A DNA stretch of 64,000 nucleotides. It comes from Prorocentrum cordatum. Its lineage: Eukaryota. A model generated the notes under the pieces. That model was not told where the DNA came from, did not search any database, and worked only from the letters and a program-made list of their open reading frames with translations. The first letter of the stretch is position 1; every line of letters starts with the position of its first letter. Below, piece by piece: positions 1-11,060 of the stretch. A program made the position numbers and the translations under genes. The stretch is taken from assembly GCA_963575745.1 (NCBI GenBank), contig CAUYUJ010000249.1, forward strand, positions 1 to 64,000. Direction: 5' to 3'.

Positions 1-9
1 GGGGGGGGG

Positions 10-836
10 GCCGAAGACGACGCCAAATAAAAGTCGTCGGGACGGAGGGGGGCGGTGCGCTGGGTGCTGGGGAGCGACACATAGCGACACAGTCGACACA
101 ACGCCGAAATAGGGCGACGACGACGCCGAAATAAAGTGGTCGGGGCGGAGAGGGCGGTGCGCTGGGCTGCTGGGGAAAGCGACACATGGCGACACAACGC
201 CGAAATAGGGCGACGACGACGCCGAAATAAAGTGGTCGGGGCGGAGAAGGCGGTGCGCATGGCTGCTGGGGAAAAGGACCGGGGGGGCGACGACGACGCC
301 GAAATAAAGTGGTCGGGGCGGAGGGGGCAGCGCGCTGGGCTGCTGCGGAGAGGGAGAAGGGGGGGGCGACGACGACGCAGAAATAAAGTCGTCGGGGCGG
401 AGGGGGCGGTGCGCTGGGGTGCTGGGGAGCGACACATAGCGACACATGTCGACACAACGCCGAAATAAAGTGGTCGGGGCGGAGGGGGCAGCGCGCTGGG
501 CTGCTGAGGAGAGGGAGAGGGGGGGGGGCGACGACGACGCCGAAATAAAGTCGTCGGGGCGGAGGGGGCGGTGCGCTGGGGGGCTGGGGAGCGACACATA
601 GCGACGCATGTCGACACAGATCGACATATAGAGACATATATCGACACACACATATCGACGCATAGCGACACACAGCGACACATAGCGTCGCAAACATGGA
701 GACGCATAGCGACACACAGCGACACATATAGCGGCACATGAAGGGCACAAGGCACACAGCGACACATATAGCGACACATGAAGGGCACAAGGCAGCTGGG
801 GGGGAGCGACGACGACGCCGAAATAAAGTGGTCGGA
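10..836. repeat. Irregular tandem minisatellite with core GACGACGCCGAAATAAAGT(G/C)GTCGGGGCGGAGGGGGC, interleaved with GCGACACATA units
   Basis: Core recurs at about 22, 125, 221, 298, 378, 459, 539 and 817. The intervening sequences are variants of each other. Confidence 0.85.
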
Positions 837-859
837 GTTCTAGACACCCTGTGCAAGAG

Positions 860-1760
860 AATTAACCCAGCAGACTGGATGCTGACGGCATCGGGGCTTC
901 GCCCGAGGTCACGAACGCTCGTCGCAGCAGGCGCCGCAGCTGCCCTCCCCCCGCTCAGCGACCACGACAGGAGCCAGCAGCACCAGATGGACTCCAGAAG
1001 CGCGGCGCGAATGCTGGGGCTGGATTTCCAGACCAGAACGAAGGGATGACGACGCTGCAGAGGGCCGCGCTCAACGCCGTGCAGATGTCGAGGCACCTGG
1101 CGGGCTGGGACTTCAACCTGGCCCCGCAGAACGGGGCGACGGACCAGGGCGTGGACATGGGGACAGCTTGCGCGGACAGGAAAAGGCAGGGGAGAAGGAC
1201 CAGGGCTGCCCGCATATACATATCGCAGCCGCCTTCTTAGGGGGGCCGGCGCAACTGGAGTTGTTGAGCCTTTCGTTGCTTGGGCGAGCAAGATGTCACG
1301 CCTGCACGTGGGCGATATTATCCCATACTTCCGCATGAATACCGCCTGCAACCAGATGGATCAGCCGAAGCAGTTCAAAGTGCATTTCATGCAGAACGCT
1401 TTCGCAGTCAGCGCCTTTCATGGACGAGTCGGTCATCGCCGCAGTCAACGAGGCTAGGGGGCAGAGCACCGAAGGGCCCAAGGAGGTGATCAAGCCGCCA
1501 CCGATCTCGACGCAGCAGTCTCGCCGGGCAGTCCATCAAACCAACGTCACGCGGGAGGCAAAACAGTCCAGGGATCAGCGCCACCGATCAGCATGGAGAG
1601 GGCCCTCCAGAAAGAGCTGCGCGCGCCAGATGTGAGATACGCCGCCGTGAACGTCGAAGGCTTGCGCAGACAGGCCGAGAAGGGAAGCGCGCGAATACGA
1701 GACATGCTGGTGATAATGGGCTATCAACAACTTGTTTTGCGACAGCCGTCTCTAGTTCGC
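860..1760 (+). pseudogene. Possible decayed non-LTR retrotransposon fragment (ORF1 end / start of APE endonuclease)
   Basis: Coding-like GC3-rich sequence. VRYAAVNVEGLRR...RIRDMLVIM (~1630-1720) resembles the first APE motif (xxNVxGL). Later motifs are missing. Confidence 0.3.
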
Positions 1761-2727
1761 CACCCCTATACCACAGTTCCACGAATGTTCCTTTCAATGG
1801 AGATGACCTGTTTGGCGAAGATCACTTCAGAATACGTCAATGCAAAAAACAATTGTTGGATGGAGTCTTTCTGATTGTAATTCAAAGTGCTGAGATAGCT
1901 GGAGTCCATCGCCGATGTATTTCAGATGTCAGACATATGCAGCCGTACTCACAACATCGACCAACCGCCGATGCTGGAGGACCTCGCTGCTGCCTCGATT
2001 TTTATCGAGGACTCCTTGCCTTCATGAGAATGTGAGTGCGGCTATTGATGCACAGTGGAGTGTGGCATAGCGTTGACATGTTCTAAATGCATGCGCACTG
2101 TTGGATATAGCACAGTGAGCACGCGATGCGCGTAATATTCATATTGTGCCTTAGCGTTTACTCTGCAAGTAATACATTTGGGAGTGCAGGTTCAGGGAGG
2201 GCTGAGCCCAGGTTTTCGCTTTCTTTTTTTGCGAAAATTCCGAGGTGTGAGACGGCCTAGGCCCGACGAGGGGCCCAAGGCTTTGTAGGCCGCGCGGGCT
2301 CCCTCAGGCGCCCTGCCGCCCCGCCCGCAGACACAACCAGCAGCTATACAGGACGCTGACAAGCCCGTGCTTGTTGCTGACGCCGAATTGTTTCCGAGGT
2401 CGTTCGCTCGCTCGCTCGCTCGCTCCCTCCTTTTTCTCGTCTTCCTCCTCCTCCTCGTCCTCCTCCTCCTCCTTTTTCTCCTCCTCCTCCTCCTCCTCCT
2501 TCTCCTCCTCTTCCTCCTCCATCCCCCCTTCAGCCCTCCTCCATCCCGCCCCGCGCGGCTCAAGCCTTACGCCCCGGCGGGCGCGGCCCCGCTCTGGGCC
2601 TGCAGGCGCCGGGCCGGCTCAGGCGGCATCCCTAGACGACGACAGGGCGCGAAGCCCCCCAGAGCACCCCGCCCCCAGAGAACCAGGGCAGATGAGGGGT
2701 TGCAGGAGCCCTGACCCCCTCGCGTTG

Positions 2728-2860
2728 CGAAGAGATCACGGCGTGAGTTTTGTTCGCTATTGTCGGCCTTTGGGGGCCCTTGCCGGGCCGTGGGGCCGTC
2801 AAAAAAGGACTCAGACTGAAGAGCTGGTGCCGGGGAGTGGGACCAGACCTCTGGGGGTCG
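2728..2860 (+). repeat. Dispersed repeat family (ATCACGGCGTGAG...GGCCCT...GGGGCCGTC..AAAA.GACTC.G)
   Basis: Similar sequence at ~53343-53470 and ~17680-17790. Inverted copies at ~42305-42400, ~43175-43260, ~52695-52780 and ~22160-22400. Confidence 0.6.
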
Positions 2861-3400
2861 ACGATGCGCAAGGATCACGACGTTGGGGGTCTGGGAGAGG
2901 GGGCCACTCACCGGCGCAGAACAGCCGGCAGGCGCAGACTTCTTCCCGGGGGTCCGCGCGGGGGTCTTGCCTCCGCGGGAGTTGGGTCCAATCGACCCGA
3001 TCAGATAAATTAGCGCGCGCCACTTCGGCGGCGCGTGCTTGTGCCCAACGCCGTAACTGTTTTTAGCGGTTCCTGCTTGTATGCGCAAGGGCCTGGTGGA
3101 ACTCTCTGGAATAAGTGGGGTGCGGTGACGGGTGCGCGGAAGGGCAAACGAGCGGGTGCGCGAACGAAACGCGCAACGATCGCCTAAAACCAAACCATTG
3201 CAGTTCTCTTTCGACTTTCACCCGCACGTGCGTTGACTTCATCAGTTCCTGTTTCGACCACTTCGGCGGGCCCGCCAGGGCTTCGCCCCGTGCCTGGTCT
3301 GTGTCCGGTCGTGGGCGCCCTCGTCGGCGCCCTTGCCCTTTTTGAGAGCCTCCCGGGAGGCCCTCGTCGTCACGGCTGGAGCCACTTTGAATGCTTGGTC

Positions 3401-3560
3401 AAGTCGGACACGTCCCTCTACAGGAGGAATACTCAGGAGTAGTCAAAAGAGATAATCAGGGGGCGATGTTCCTGTCATTATGTCTGATCGCCTGTGAGTC
3501 CTGTTAGACTATGTCTTGTTTTTCTTCCGAAATCCGCCTGCAGGAGGACATGCCCGTCTT
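3401..3560. mobile_element. MITE family A, ~150-170 bp, ~28-bp TIRs (AGTCGGGCGTGTCCCTCTACAGGAGGA ... TCCGCCTGCAGGAGGACATGCCCGAC)
   Basis: Imperfect TIRs around an AT-rich core. Other copies at 17194-17349, 24001-24147, 24496-24667, 25801-25951, 40972-41125, 42843-43000, 54615-54771, 60041-60189 and 60656-60803. Partial ends at ~31693 and ~38650-38678. Confidence 0.85.
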
Positions 3561-3713
3561 GAAATGATCGTCAGGACGCACCCTGGGGAGAGGTCTGGGG
3601 AGCAGCGGCGTCGCGGCGGCATCGGCATCGGCTGGCCCCCCCCAAAGGGAGGAGGGGTCGAGCCATCTGGGACCCGACGGTGGCGCAAACTTGCAAAAAA
3701 ATACGCGTTGGCT

Positions 3714-3946
3714 CTAGGCCTCCCAGATGGGGTGCGAGCAGATGGGGTCGGAGGATCGCGCCGCATCGCCGATGCATCGACGATGCGGCTCGATGCGGAG
3801 CCCCATTTTCTCCACGCCCACGTCGCCGACGCATCGCCGACGGTGCCGATGCATCGTCGATGCGTAGTCGACGTATCGGTGATGCATCGGCGATGCGGCG
3901 TGATCCTCCGACCCCATCTACTCGGACCCCTTCTAGGAGGCCTCTA
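3714..3946. mobile_element. Fold-back MITE family B with ~65-bp TIRs and internal GCATCG(C/G)CGAT repeats
   Basis: AGGCCTCCCAGATGGGG...GGAGGATCGCGCCGCATCGCCGATGCATC pairs with GATGCATCGGCGATGCGGCGTGATCCTCCGACCCCATC...GGAGGCCT. Copies at ~15388-15610, ~44124-44306 and ~57568-57751. Confidence 0.85.
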
Positions 3947-3983
3947 TTGGCGTTCTCCCTCATTGCCTCCTCTTCCCTCACCG

Positions 3984-4128
3984 AGCGCGCTCCACTACTC
4001 GCAAAGTGCCTGCTCGCAAAATGTTCGAAACACACATGTGTGTTCGCCCCGATGTAGTGTCTCGTAGGTCCCCCGCGGCGGATCGAGGCCATCTGCGAAT
4101 AGTTACTTCGCGAGTAGCGGAACGCGCT
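3984..4128. mobile_element. Small MITE with TIR AGCGCG(C/T)TCC(A/G)CTACTCGC
   Basis: Inverted ends are visible. Related partial copies at ~21975-22030 and ~24330-24465. Confidence 0.6.
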
Positions 4129-4293
4129 TGTCCATTCCTTCACTTCGATTGGGAGGGAGAGTGGGTATCAGTGAAGGCGCCGCCGTTGGGACTCCGTGAG
4201 CATGGCACTCTGCCGTTTTTGTCGGAATCCGGTGCCTCGTGGGCAGTAGCACTCTGATGCGTTCCCATTGGCGGCGTTCTGTTTTGGCTCCTC

Positions 4294-4364
4294 CGTCCTA
4301 AGCCAGAGTGACGCCCCCACCCCCGACCGCGACGGGGGTGGGGGCGTCGCTTTGGCTGAGGACG
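4294..4364. repeat. ~70-bp hairpin
   Basis: CGTCCTAAGCCAGAGTGACGCCCCCACCCCCG, a 7-nt loop, then CGGGGGTGGGGGCGTCGCTTTGGCTGAGGACG. Confidence 0.8.
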
Positions 4365-4804
4365 CGGGAGGGGGAGGAGGAGGAGGAGGAAGAGGGGGAG
4401 GAGGGGGAGGAAGAGGAAAGAGGGGGAGGAGGAGAGGGGAAGGAGGAGGAGAAGGGAGGACGGAGGAGGAGGAGAAGGAGGAGGAGGAGGAGGAGGAGGA
4501 GGAGGAGGAGGAGGAGGAGGAGGAGGAGGAGGAGGGGGAGGGGGAGGACGAGGGGAGGAGGAGGGGGAGGAGGAGGGGGAGGAGGAGGGGGAGGAGGAGG
4601 AGTTGCCAGAAAGGTGGCCGCGACGCTGGGTGTGATTTCTGCGGGCGGCCCACGCTCTTGTACGCCGGCCTCGAAGCCCCCCCCCCCCCTGCCAGGGATT
4701 CCCGCAGAGTTCCGCCGCTGGGGGGCCGAGGGCGTCTCTTTCAGGGGCGGCCAAGAGGGGGGTGACGGCAAGGGGGGACTGGGTATCTCGAGGAAGAAAC
4801 ACGG

Positions 4805-4965
4805 CATGAGCATGAAGTTTGAGCGCTCCGCGCGGATTTCTTTGATCCGCGCTGGGCCCCCCGTCAGTGCCTCCAGCGCCGCCCCTGGCGCGCTCCGCGC
4901 GCCAAGGAAGGGGTCCAGCGCGGATCCAAGAGATCCGCGCGGAGCGCCAAAAGTGTATGTTTATG
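4805..4965 (-). mobile_element. T-shaped palindromic element (family T), orientation opposite to the 56429 copy
   Basis: Outer stem CGCTCCGCGCGGATTTCTTTGATCCGCGCTGG / CCAGCGCGGATCCAAGAGATCCGCGCGGAGCG. Two inner hairpins with TCC loops. Confidence 0.8.
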
Positions 4966-6405
4966 AAGCTTGCTCTTCGCCTAGACAGGGCAGGACTGGA
5001 TATCAGGGCCTGTGCCATGAGATCTCTCCGAACCCTATGGCCCACTCCTTCTTTCTCGACGCGGCCTCTGCCCCCACCTCCCAGCGCCGCGCGCGTGCCC
5101 CGGGCCAGGCGGCGTTGCGAGCCCTCCTCTTGGACGCCCCCCCCCCTCGGACGCCCAGGGCACGCGGGCTCGTCGTCGTCTTCTGCGGTTCCTGGGTCTG
5201 TGACGTCGCGGTGTGCTCCCAACGCGGACCCCCTCAGAGGCCGGCTTCTTCTCCTCCTCCTCCTCCTCCTCCTCCTCCCTCCTCTCCTCCTCCTCCTCCT
5301 CCTCCTCCTCCTCCTCCTCCCTCCTCCCTCCTCCTCCTCCTCCTGCAGGGGTCGCGCGAGGGCCCCCCTGCAGGCCGAGGACGGCCGTGCTCCGTCGTGG
5401 GTTTCGGCGGCGAGCGCAGCTCGGAGGGCCGCGGGGCCTCTGGGCACTCGCCTCCGCTCTGGCAGCGAGCCCAGGGCGGGGGAGGGCGGAGGGGGGCGGG
5501 CCTCGTCCGAAGGCTCAGAAGGCCTCCGGCCTTCTGGGAAGTTGTCGCAGGCCTCGCCGAAGCCCCGCCGCCGTCTGAGAGGCTTGCCCCCCCCCCCCCC
5601 CCCCCCCCCGCCCCCAGCGACCCTCCTCCCCCTCCTCCTCCTCCTCCTCCTCCTCCTCCTCCTCCTCCATCTTGATCCTCATGCATAACTCCTCCCTGTC
5701 GCACCCCCAGACGTGTCGGTTAGGCGGGCCTGGCGTTTCGCCTGAGATTTCTTCACCACTGATGAACGTGAAGCGACGCTTCTCTTCAACAGCATTATCA
5801 CATATTGACGGCGGGCGATGTTCAACATGTGGCTCTCGCTTCAGCGCCGCGTGCATCAATTCCCAATTTTTGCGATACATTAAAGGATTGAGCGCGGGCG
5901 GTTTTCAAAACGTGGTTCTCGTTTCAAGAATTCAGGGCGGCCGTTTTCAAAATGTAGCCCTCGCCTTAGCGCGGCCCGCATTCGTCTTAAACGTTTGCAG
6001 CAGCTTCAGATGAAGGGTGGCTATGTTCCATTATGTGGCTCTCGTGTTAGCGCTGCGCACACTCGTCGTAAGGATTCGCATGGTTGAAGTCCCAAGAACG
6101 GTCTTCTTGTGGCATGTAGGAATGGCAGGACGCAACAGTCATGTTGTTTCGATGAGTTGGAGTCTCAGCAATTGCGATGTTTCACGATATTGGACTGTCA
6201 GGACGCAGCCGTAACATCGATTCGGGAGATGTCTTCCAATTATTTGGCTGACACGGTGGAGGATTCTCAGAGAGTTGTCCTCCAATGGGGCACTTTCCGC
6301 ATTGACAGTAGGGACACCTTTATTGTAGGGTCCTCTGGAGAGGGAACCTGGAGGGAGGGCTGATTGCAACCTCGTGGACGCGTCTTGGGTCCGCACGGGT
6401 TCCCC

Positions 6406-7143
6406 TCCTCTCTCCCCCCTGTCCCTCCTCCTCCTCCTCCTCCTCCTCCTCCTTCTCCTCCTCCCCCTCCTCCTCCTCCTCCTCCTCCTCCTTCTCCTCT
6501 CTCCCCCCTCCCTCCTCCTCCTCCTCCTCCTCCTCCTCCTCCTCCTCCCCCTCCTCCTCCTCCTCCTTTCCTCCTCCTCCTCCTCCTCCTCCTCCTCTCC
6601 TCTCTCCTCCTCCTCCTCCTCCTCCCCCTCCTCCTCCTCCTCCTCCTCCTCCCCTCCTCCTCCTCCTCCCCTCCTTCCCCTTCCTCCTCCTCCTCCTCCT
6701 CCTCCTCCTCCTCCTCCTCCTCCTCCTCCTCCTCTCCTCGCCTCCTCCCCCTCCCCTCCTCCTCTTCCTCCTACCCTCTCCTCCGCCTCATCCTACCTCC
6801 TCCTCCTCCTCCTCCTCCTCATCCTCCTCCTCCTCCTCCTCCTCTTCCTCCTCCTCCCCCCCTCCTCCTCTCTCCCCCCCTCGCCGCCCGCCGGCCTCAT
6901 CGGGCACGTACGAGGCGGCCCCGCCCGCGAACTACGAGGCCAGCCGCCGCCTCGGAGAGGGGTCAGGGAGTACAATGCACCACTGCCTCCTCCTTTCCTC
7001 CTCCTCCTCCTCCTCCTCCTCCTCCCTCCTCCCTTTCCCCTCCCTCCTCCTCCTCCTCCTCCTCCTCCTCCTCCTCCTCCCCCCCGCCTCCTCCTCCTCC
7101 TCCTCCTCTCCTCCTCCTCCTCCTCCTCCTCCTCCTCCTCCTC

Positions 7144-7174
<31 letters not shown>

Positions 7175-7180
7175 GCCTCC
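6406..7180. repeat. (CCT)n microsatellite field
   Basis: Direct reading. Interrupted by ~100 bp of unique sequence at ~6885-6985. Confidence 0.95.
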
Positions 7181-7202
7181 TCCGTAGCCATTTTGGGTCA
7201 AG
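7181..7202 (+). other. Relict dinoflagellate spliced leader (DinoSL)
   Basis: TCCGTAGCCATTTTGGGTCAAG vs canonical DCCGTAGCCATTTTGGCTCAAG, 21/22 identical. Followed directly by ATG (7203) rather than a GT SL-RNA donor. Confidence 0.9.
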
Positions 7203-7342
7203 ATGCCGGCTTCCCTTAGGGCCAAGGTGGATACCATTAGACCGCGGCAGGCAAGGCAGTTCCGCCTGGCTCCTTTCGAGCGCCTTCGCTGCGGGACTTG
7301 GGTCCCCGCCACAGTGTTTCTTCTCGTTTCTCTCTCCCGCAG

Positions 7343-8548
7343 CATGGCCGGTGGCGCCCGCGGTGCTCCTCATTATGCTTCTCAGGTGGAGCTTCTGTCT
7401 GGAGGCGGCGACCACTTTCCTCTTGCAGGAACCTGCTCAGGTGCCTGGTCGTGGTCATAGCAAGGGGAATGGCGGTAAGTGCCCGTTCGTGCCCAGGAAA
7501 CGTGTCTTTGGGGCCAGCAACGACCACCCGCAGGAGGAGGACGCTCAAAATGTGTGGTCCAGCAACGACTATTTGCGCCAGCTTTGCCAGGATGAGTTCG
7601 AGCAGATGCGCGCCTCCCTCACGGCCTCAGTTGGCAAGGCGGTCCGTGACATCGTCGCAAGCAACCACGCTCAGCTGTTGGCTTTTATCGACGCCCTCAT
7701 CTCTCGGGCCACAGCCCAGGCATCCGATGTGGACAAGCTGGTGCAGAACGCAGGCCGTCCGCAGGTGGACGATCTCTCGCGACGACTTCAGGTGCAGCTG
7801 GATGCACATGGTGAAACTCTTCGAGCCCACGGTGGGTGTCTTGACAGTCAAGATGCCGAGCTCGCCCGTCTGCGGAAGGAGATGGGGGCCCTTCGTCAAG
7901 TTCTTGCAGTCGCTGAGGAGCGTCTCCCTGTTGCACCTCCTGGTCCAATTGGGTTCGATCGGGAACCCGATTCTACCATTCTGGTGGCGGTGGCCCAACG
8001 GCCGACGACTACAGAGGCTGCCAATACCACGCACTCGGCCTTCCTCTCCGAGCTTGGCTTCAAGGATGATGAGTGCAAGGTTGAGCCCCGCGGCCAGCTT
8101 CCAACGAAGCGCTTCGTGGCCAAGCTCTGTGGCCTCCCTGGCCCTGCGAGCAAGAAGGTCCAGCGCGCCCTGGCAGGGTTGCGCAGCGATGACAAGTCTT
8201 GGAAGGAGTTTCGCGTTGCTGCTCCTGGCTCGCCCATCGATGCCCGCCCCCACCTCGGCCCCGACAAATCGCCCAAGCAGATCAAGGTTGAAGTGGTTAT
8301 TCGTCGGCGTCGCGCGGCACTGGCGGAGGCCTTTCCAGAGAAGCGCATCTACGTGGACCGTGATTGTGTCGCGATCGCGCTCGGGGGGGGGCACGATCAC
8401 GCGTGCCGCTGTTGCTCCTGGCGCTGCTCCGGCTGCGCCGCGCCGGGAACCCACTCAGCTCGCCAAGCACGGCCTTGCGAAGGACCGCGCGGCCGCCATC
8501 GCCGCCCCCACCGTTGCCCCCATGGCGGAGGCGAGTTGGTGCCTTTGA
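7343..8548 (+). pseudogene. LINE ORF1-like protein (coiled coil plus putative RRM/CTD), frameshifted
   Basis: Heptad-like VDDLSRRLQVQLDAH...DAELARLRKEMGALRQVLAVAEER, then FDREPDSTILVA...LGPDKSPKQIKVE. Lies immediately upstream of the APE domain. Start is uncertain. Confidence 0.6.
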
Positions 8549-8600
8549 CGTCGCCGCGGTCTTCGATCGCTCGCGACCAAGGGGGGGCCCCTTCCCGTCC

Positions 8601-9400
8601 ATGCGTTTTTGCACGTGGAACTGTCGCGCTCTCTTGTAGACCGCGGCTGGGAAGGCCATCCTCAAGAAAGGGTGCCTCGGGCGATTGCTTCCGCAACGCA
8701 CGGTGATCTCTCTTCAAGAAATTCATCCAGATGAACGTCAGCTGCGTCGATTCGCCACGGCCAATTGCTCGGTTTTCTCGGCGTTGAAAAGTTGTTGCGG
8801 TGCCTCTGCTCAGGCGCGTGCCCGAGGTGGGGTCGCCATTATTATTCCTCCTCTCGCTGTGGCAGCTGGGGGGCCTGTTGTGACTGAACTGGTGACTCCT
8901 GTGTCTGGGCGGGCGCATCTCCTCCGCGTCCGCGCGAGCTCTGCGCGCCTTTTGCGTGGTCGACGCGCGCGACCATTACTTTTCGACCACGCAGGTTAAT
9001 TCGATTTCGGCAACCATCCTGCAGGTGCTGGCCTTGGCAGTGAAGGACTCGCACTCGCGCTGGGTGGCTGTCGACGGGGACTTCAACTTCTCCAGCGAGG
9101 AGTCGCTCTCCCGGCGCATGCCGCAGGCTGCTGACGTTTGGGCCGTTCGTCGCCATCGCGGGCGCGCGGCGCGGCGGGGCCCTCCTTGCTCACGGCGCTT
9201 GAGACCGAGAGCCCGGATATCACGCGCTTCGAGGCCGCCGCCGAGAGGGGCAACATCATCGACGGGACCTTCCTCTCGGTCCCTAGCTGGGTGGCCTGCC
9301 AGCTCCTATTCTCCGGCGACGGCGGGGTCCGCGGCCGAGGAGTCCGAGGCAGGAATATCGGACCGCGTTGCCGTCGCTTTCACCGTCCGTTCTCGTGCCT
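8601..9400 (+). pseudogene. LINE ORF2 apurinic-like endonuclease (EEP) domain, disrupted
   Basis: MRFCTWNCRAL (8601), VISLQEIH, RGGVAIII, VDGDFNF, IIDGTFLS and ISDRVAV (SDH-like, 9358), across frameshifts. Confidence 0.85.
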
Positions 9401-10059
9401 CTCACGCGCCTCAGCAACGGGCCCTCCCTAAAAGATCTTTGTCGTGATCTAGTTTTTTCGGCGGCGGTTGCGAGGGCATGTGGCGCCCGTGGGTTGGGGC
9501 TCGATGTCTCTGCTTTCTCGTCTCGAACGATGTGCAGAGTTGGCGCGGATCGCTTGGGTGGAGATCAGGGGCCAGCTGTTTCGGGACAAGCCGTCGCATT
9601 CCCAGGACTCTCCTCCAGGTGGTCCGCGCGATGGCTGGAGTGGCGTGGCGCCAGGACTCGACTCGCTCAGAAGATGGACTTTCTGGAGCTCGCTGGGGTT
9701 GATGTTCGGTTGCGGCCCCCGCCATCCCTCGAGGCCTGGGTCGGTCGCATTCAACGGGGCGTTTCTGGCACGCCAGGCTTATGTCCAAGCCCGACTGCAC
9801 GCCTCATCTTTGCCTGCCGCTTTCCGCGCTCAGTTGGAGGCCTGGGAGCGCAAGGTACAGTTGTGGTCACCGCTCGGGAAGCGCATCATCCTCTCGTCCA
9901 TCTTGCGCTCCCCTGCTCCTGCTGCCTCTACTCCTGCCGATCGTCTGTCGGCGCTCACGGAGCACTGGGGTCCTGTCTTTTTTCGTTAGCCGTGGGGTGA
10001 GATGTTGGCGGAACGGTGCCCACCGCAATGGCTGGCGCCTCTCTCTGCGTTGATCTGTC

Positions 10060-11060
10060 CGCCGCCCACCTTGGAGATGCTGCGTGGCGCGGTTGCGCGC
10101 GCGAAGGACTCCGCGCCCGGCGCGGGCGGGCCGCCGCGCGCTGCGCGGTCTGCGGATGTGTCTGGGGAGCGAATTCTCTTCGAGGCCCTGGAGTGGCTCT
10201 TCTCGGGCCAGCTCATGTTCAACGCGGCCTCGGCCATTCTTCGGACGCCTCTCCCGAAGGCGATCTCAGAGGAGGAGCTTGCTTCAGGGGGGTGCGCTCG
10301 GCTCGCGGAGAAAGCCCGTGTTCTTGGGCTTCGCAATGCCGGCGTGAAGATTGTGTCTGCGGTCGTCAACCGCGCCCTCGAGCCTGCGCTGCAGGCGGTT
10401 GCCCCCGCGAGCCAACGAGGCTTTGTTGCGCCGCGGACCTTTGGTCTGCACATTCTCGAGCTTGGCTGCCGCGCTCGTCAGCTGTCGCCGTCTCCACTGC
10501 CGAGCATCCCGATCCTGTTCTCGTTGGGCTTTGGGCAGGCCATCCCGTCGCTGCATCAAGACTGCGTCTTCCTGGCTCTGCGTGTGCTGGGGGTGTTGGG
10601 GCTTCGCTTCGCTTCATTGGCTTTCTTTATGTGGCGGTTCTGAGAGTTGCATCCGTGGGCGGGATCTTTCAGCCCCTGTTTTGGGTTCGCAGTGGTATTA
10701 TTCAAGGGGGCGTGGCTTTCTGGGGCACTCTACGCGCTTGCGACCTCGGCCTTTCTCCACGACCCCTTGCGCTGCGTTGGCCTGGCGACCGAGGGCGTCG
10801 CGCGGGCCTGCGCCGATGACATCGGGGGCGTCTTGACTTGCATCTCCGACCTGAAGAATGCGAGGCGCGTGATGGACGGGGCCTCCTCGATGGCGAATAT
10901 CGTGCTGAAGGCTGCGAAGTGCTCAGTGGCCCCCCTTCTGGCCCCTTTCAGCCCCCAGTTGGCCTCCGCCGTGCCCCCCCTCATCGCGTCTGTGGTCCTT
11001 GAGTGGGCCTGCTTTGAGGTGGTTGCCGCGCTCCTCTACTTGGGGATTGCTATGGGACCT
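10060..11060 (+). pseudogene. LINE ORF2 reverse transcriptase domain, disrupted
   Basis: DSAPGAGG, RVLGLRNAGVKIVS, SQRGFV, LFSLGFGQAIPSL, SGIIQG..LSGALYAL, ACADDIG (CADD at 10809-10820), LKAAKC and YLGI appear in canonical order. Confidence 0.88.

Noticed and set aside
10..836. CRISPR-like repeat/spacer pattern
   Set aside because: The spacers are related to each other and variable in length, there are no cas genes, and the context is eukaryotic. This is a minisatellite.
4140..5704. Long Pro/Gly/Arg/Glu-rich ORFs, and similar ones at 38355-40035 and 51355-52215
   Set aside because: Stop-poor GC-rich microsatellite sequence with overlapping ORFs in all frames.
7181..7260. Functional SL RNA gene
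   Set aside because: The SL is followed by ATG, not a GT donor and SL intron, and it carries one mismatch. Interpreted as a retroposed relict.
6364..8706. 780-aa ORF as a real gene
   Set aside because: The N-terminal third is translated (CCT)n, and the rest is frameshifted LINE ORF1.
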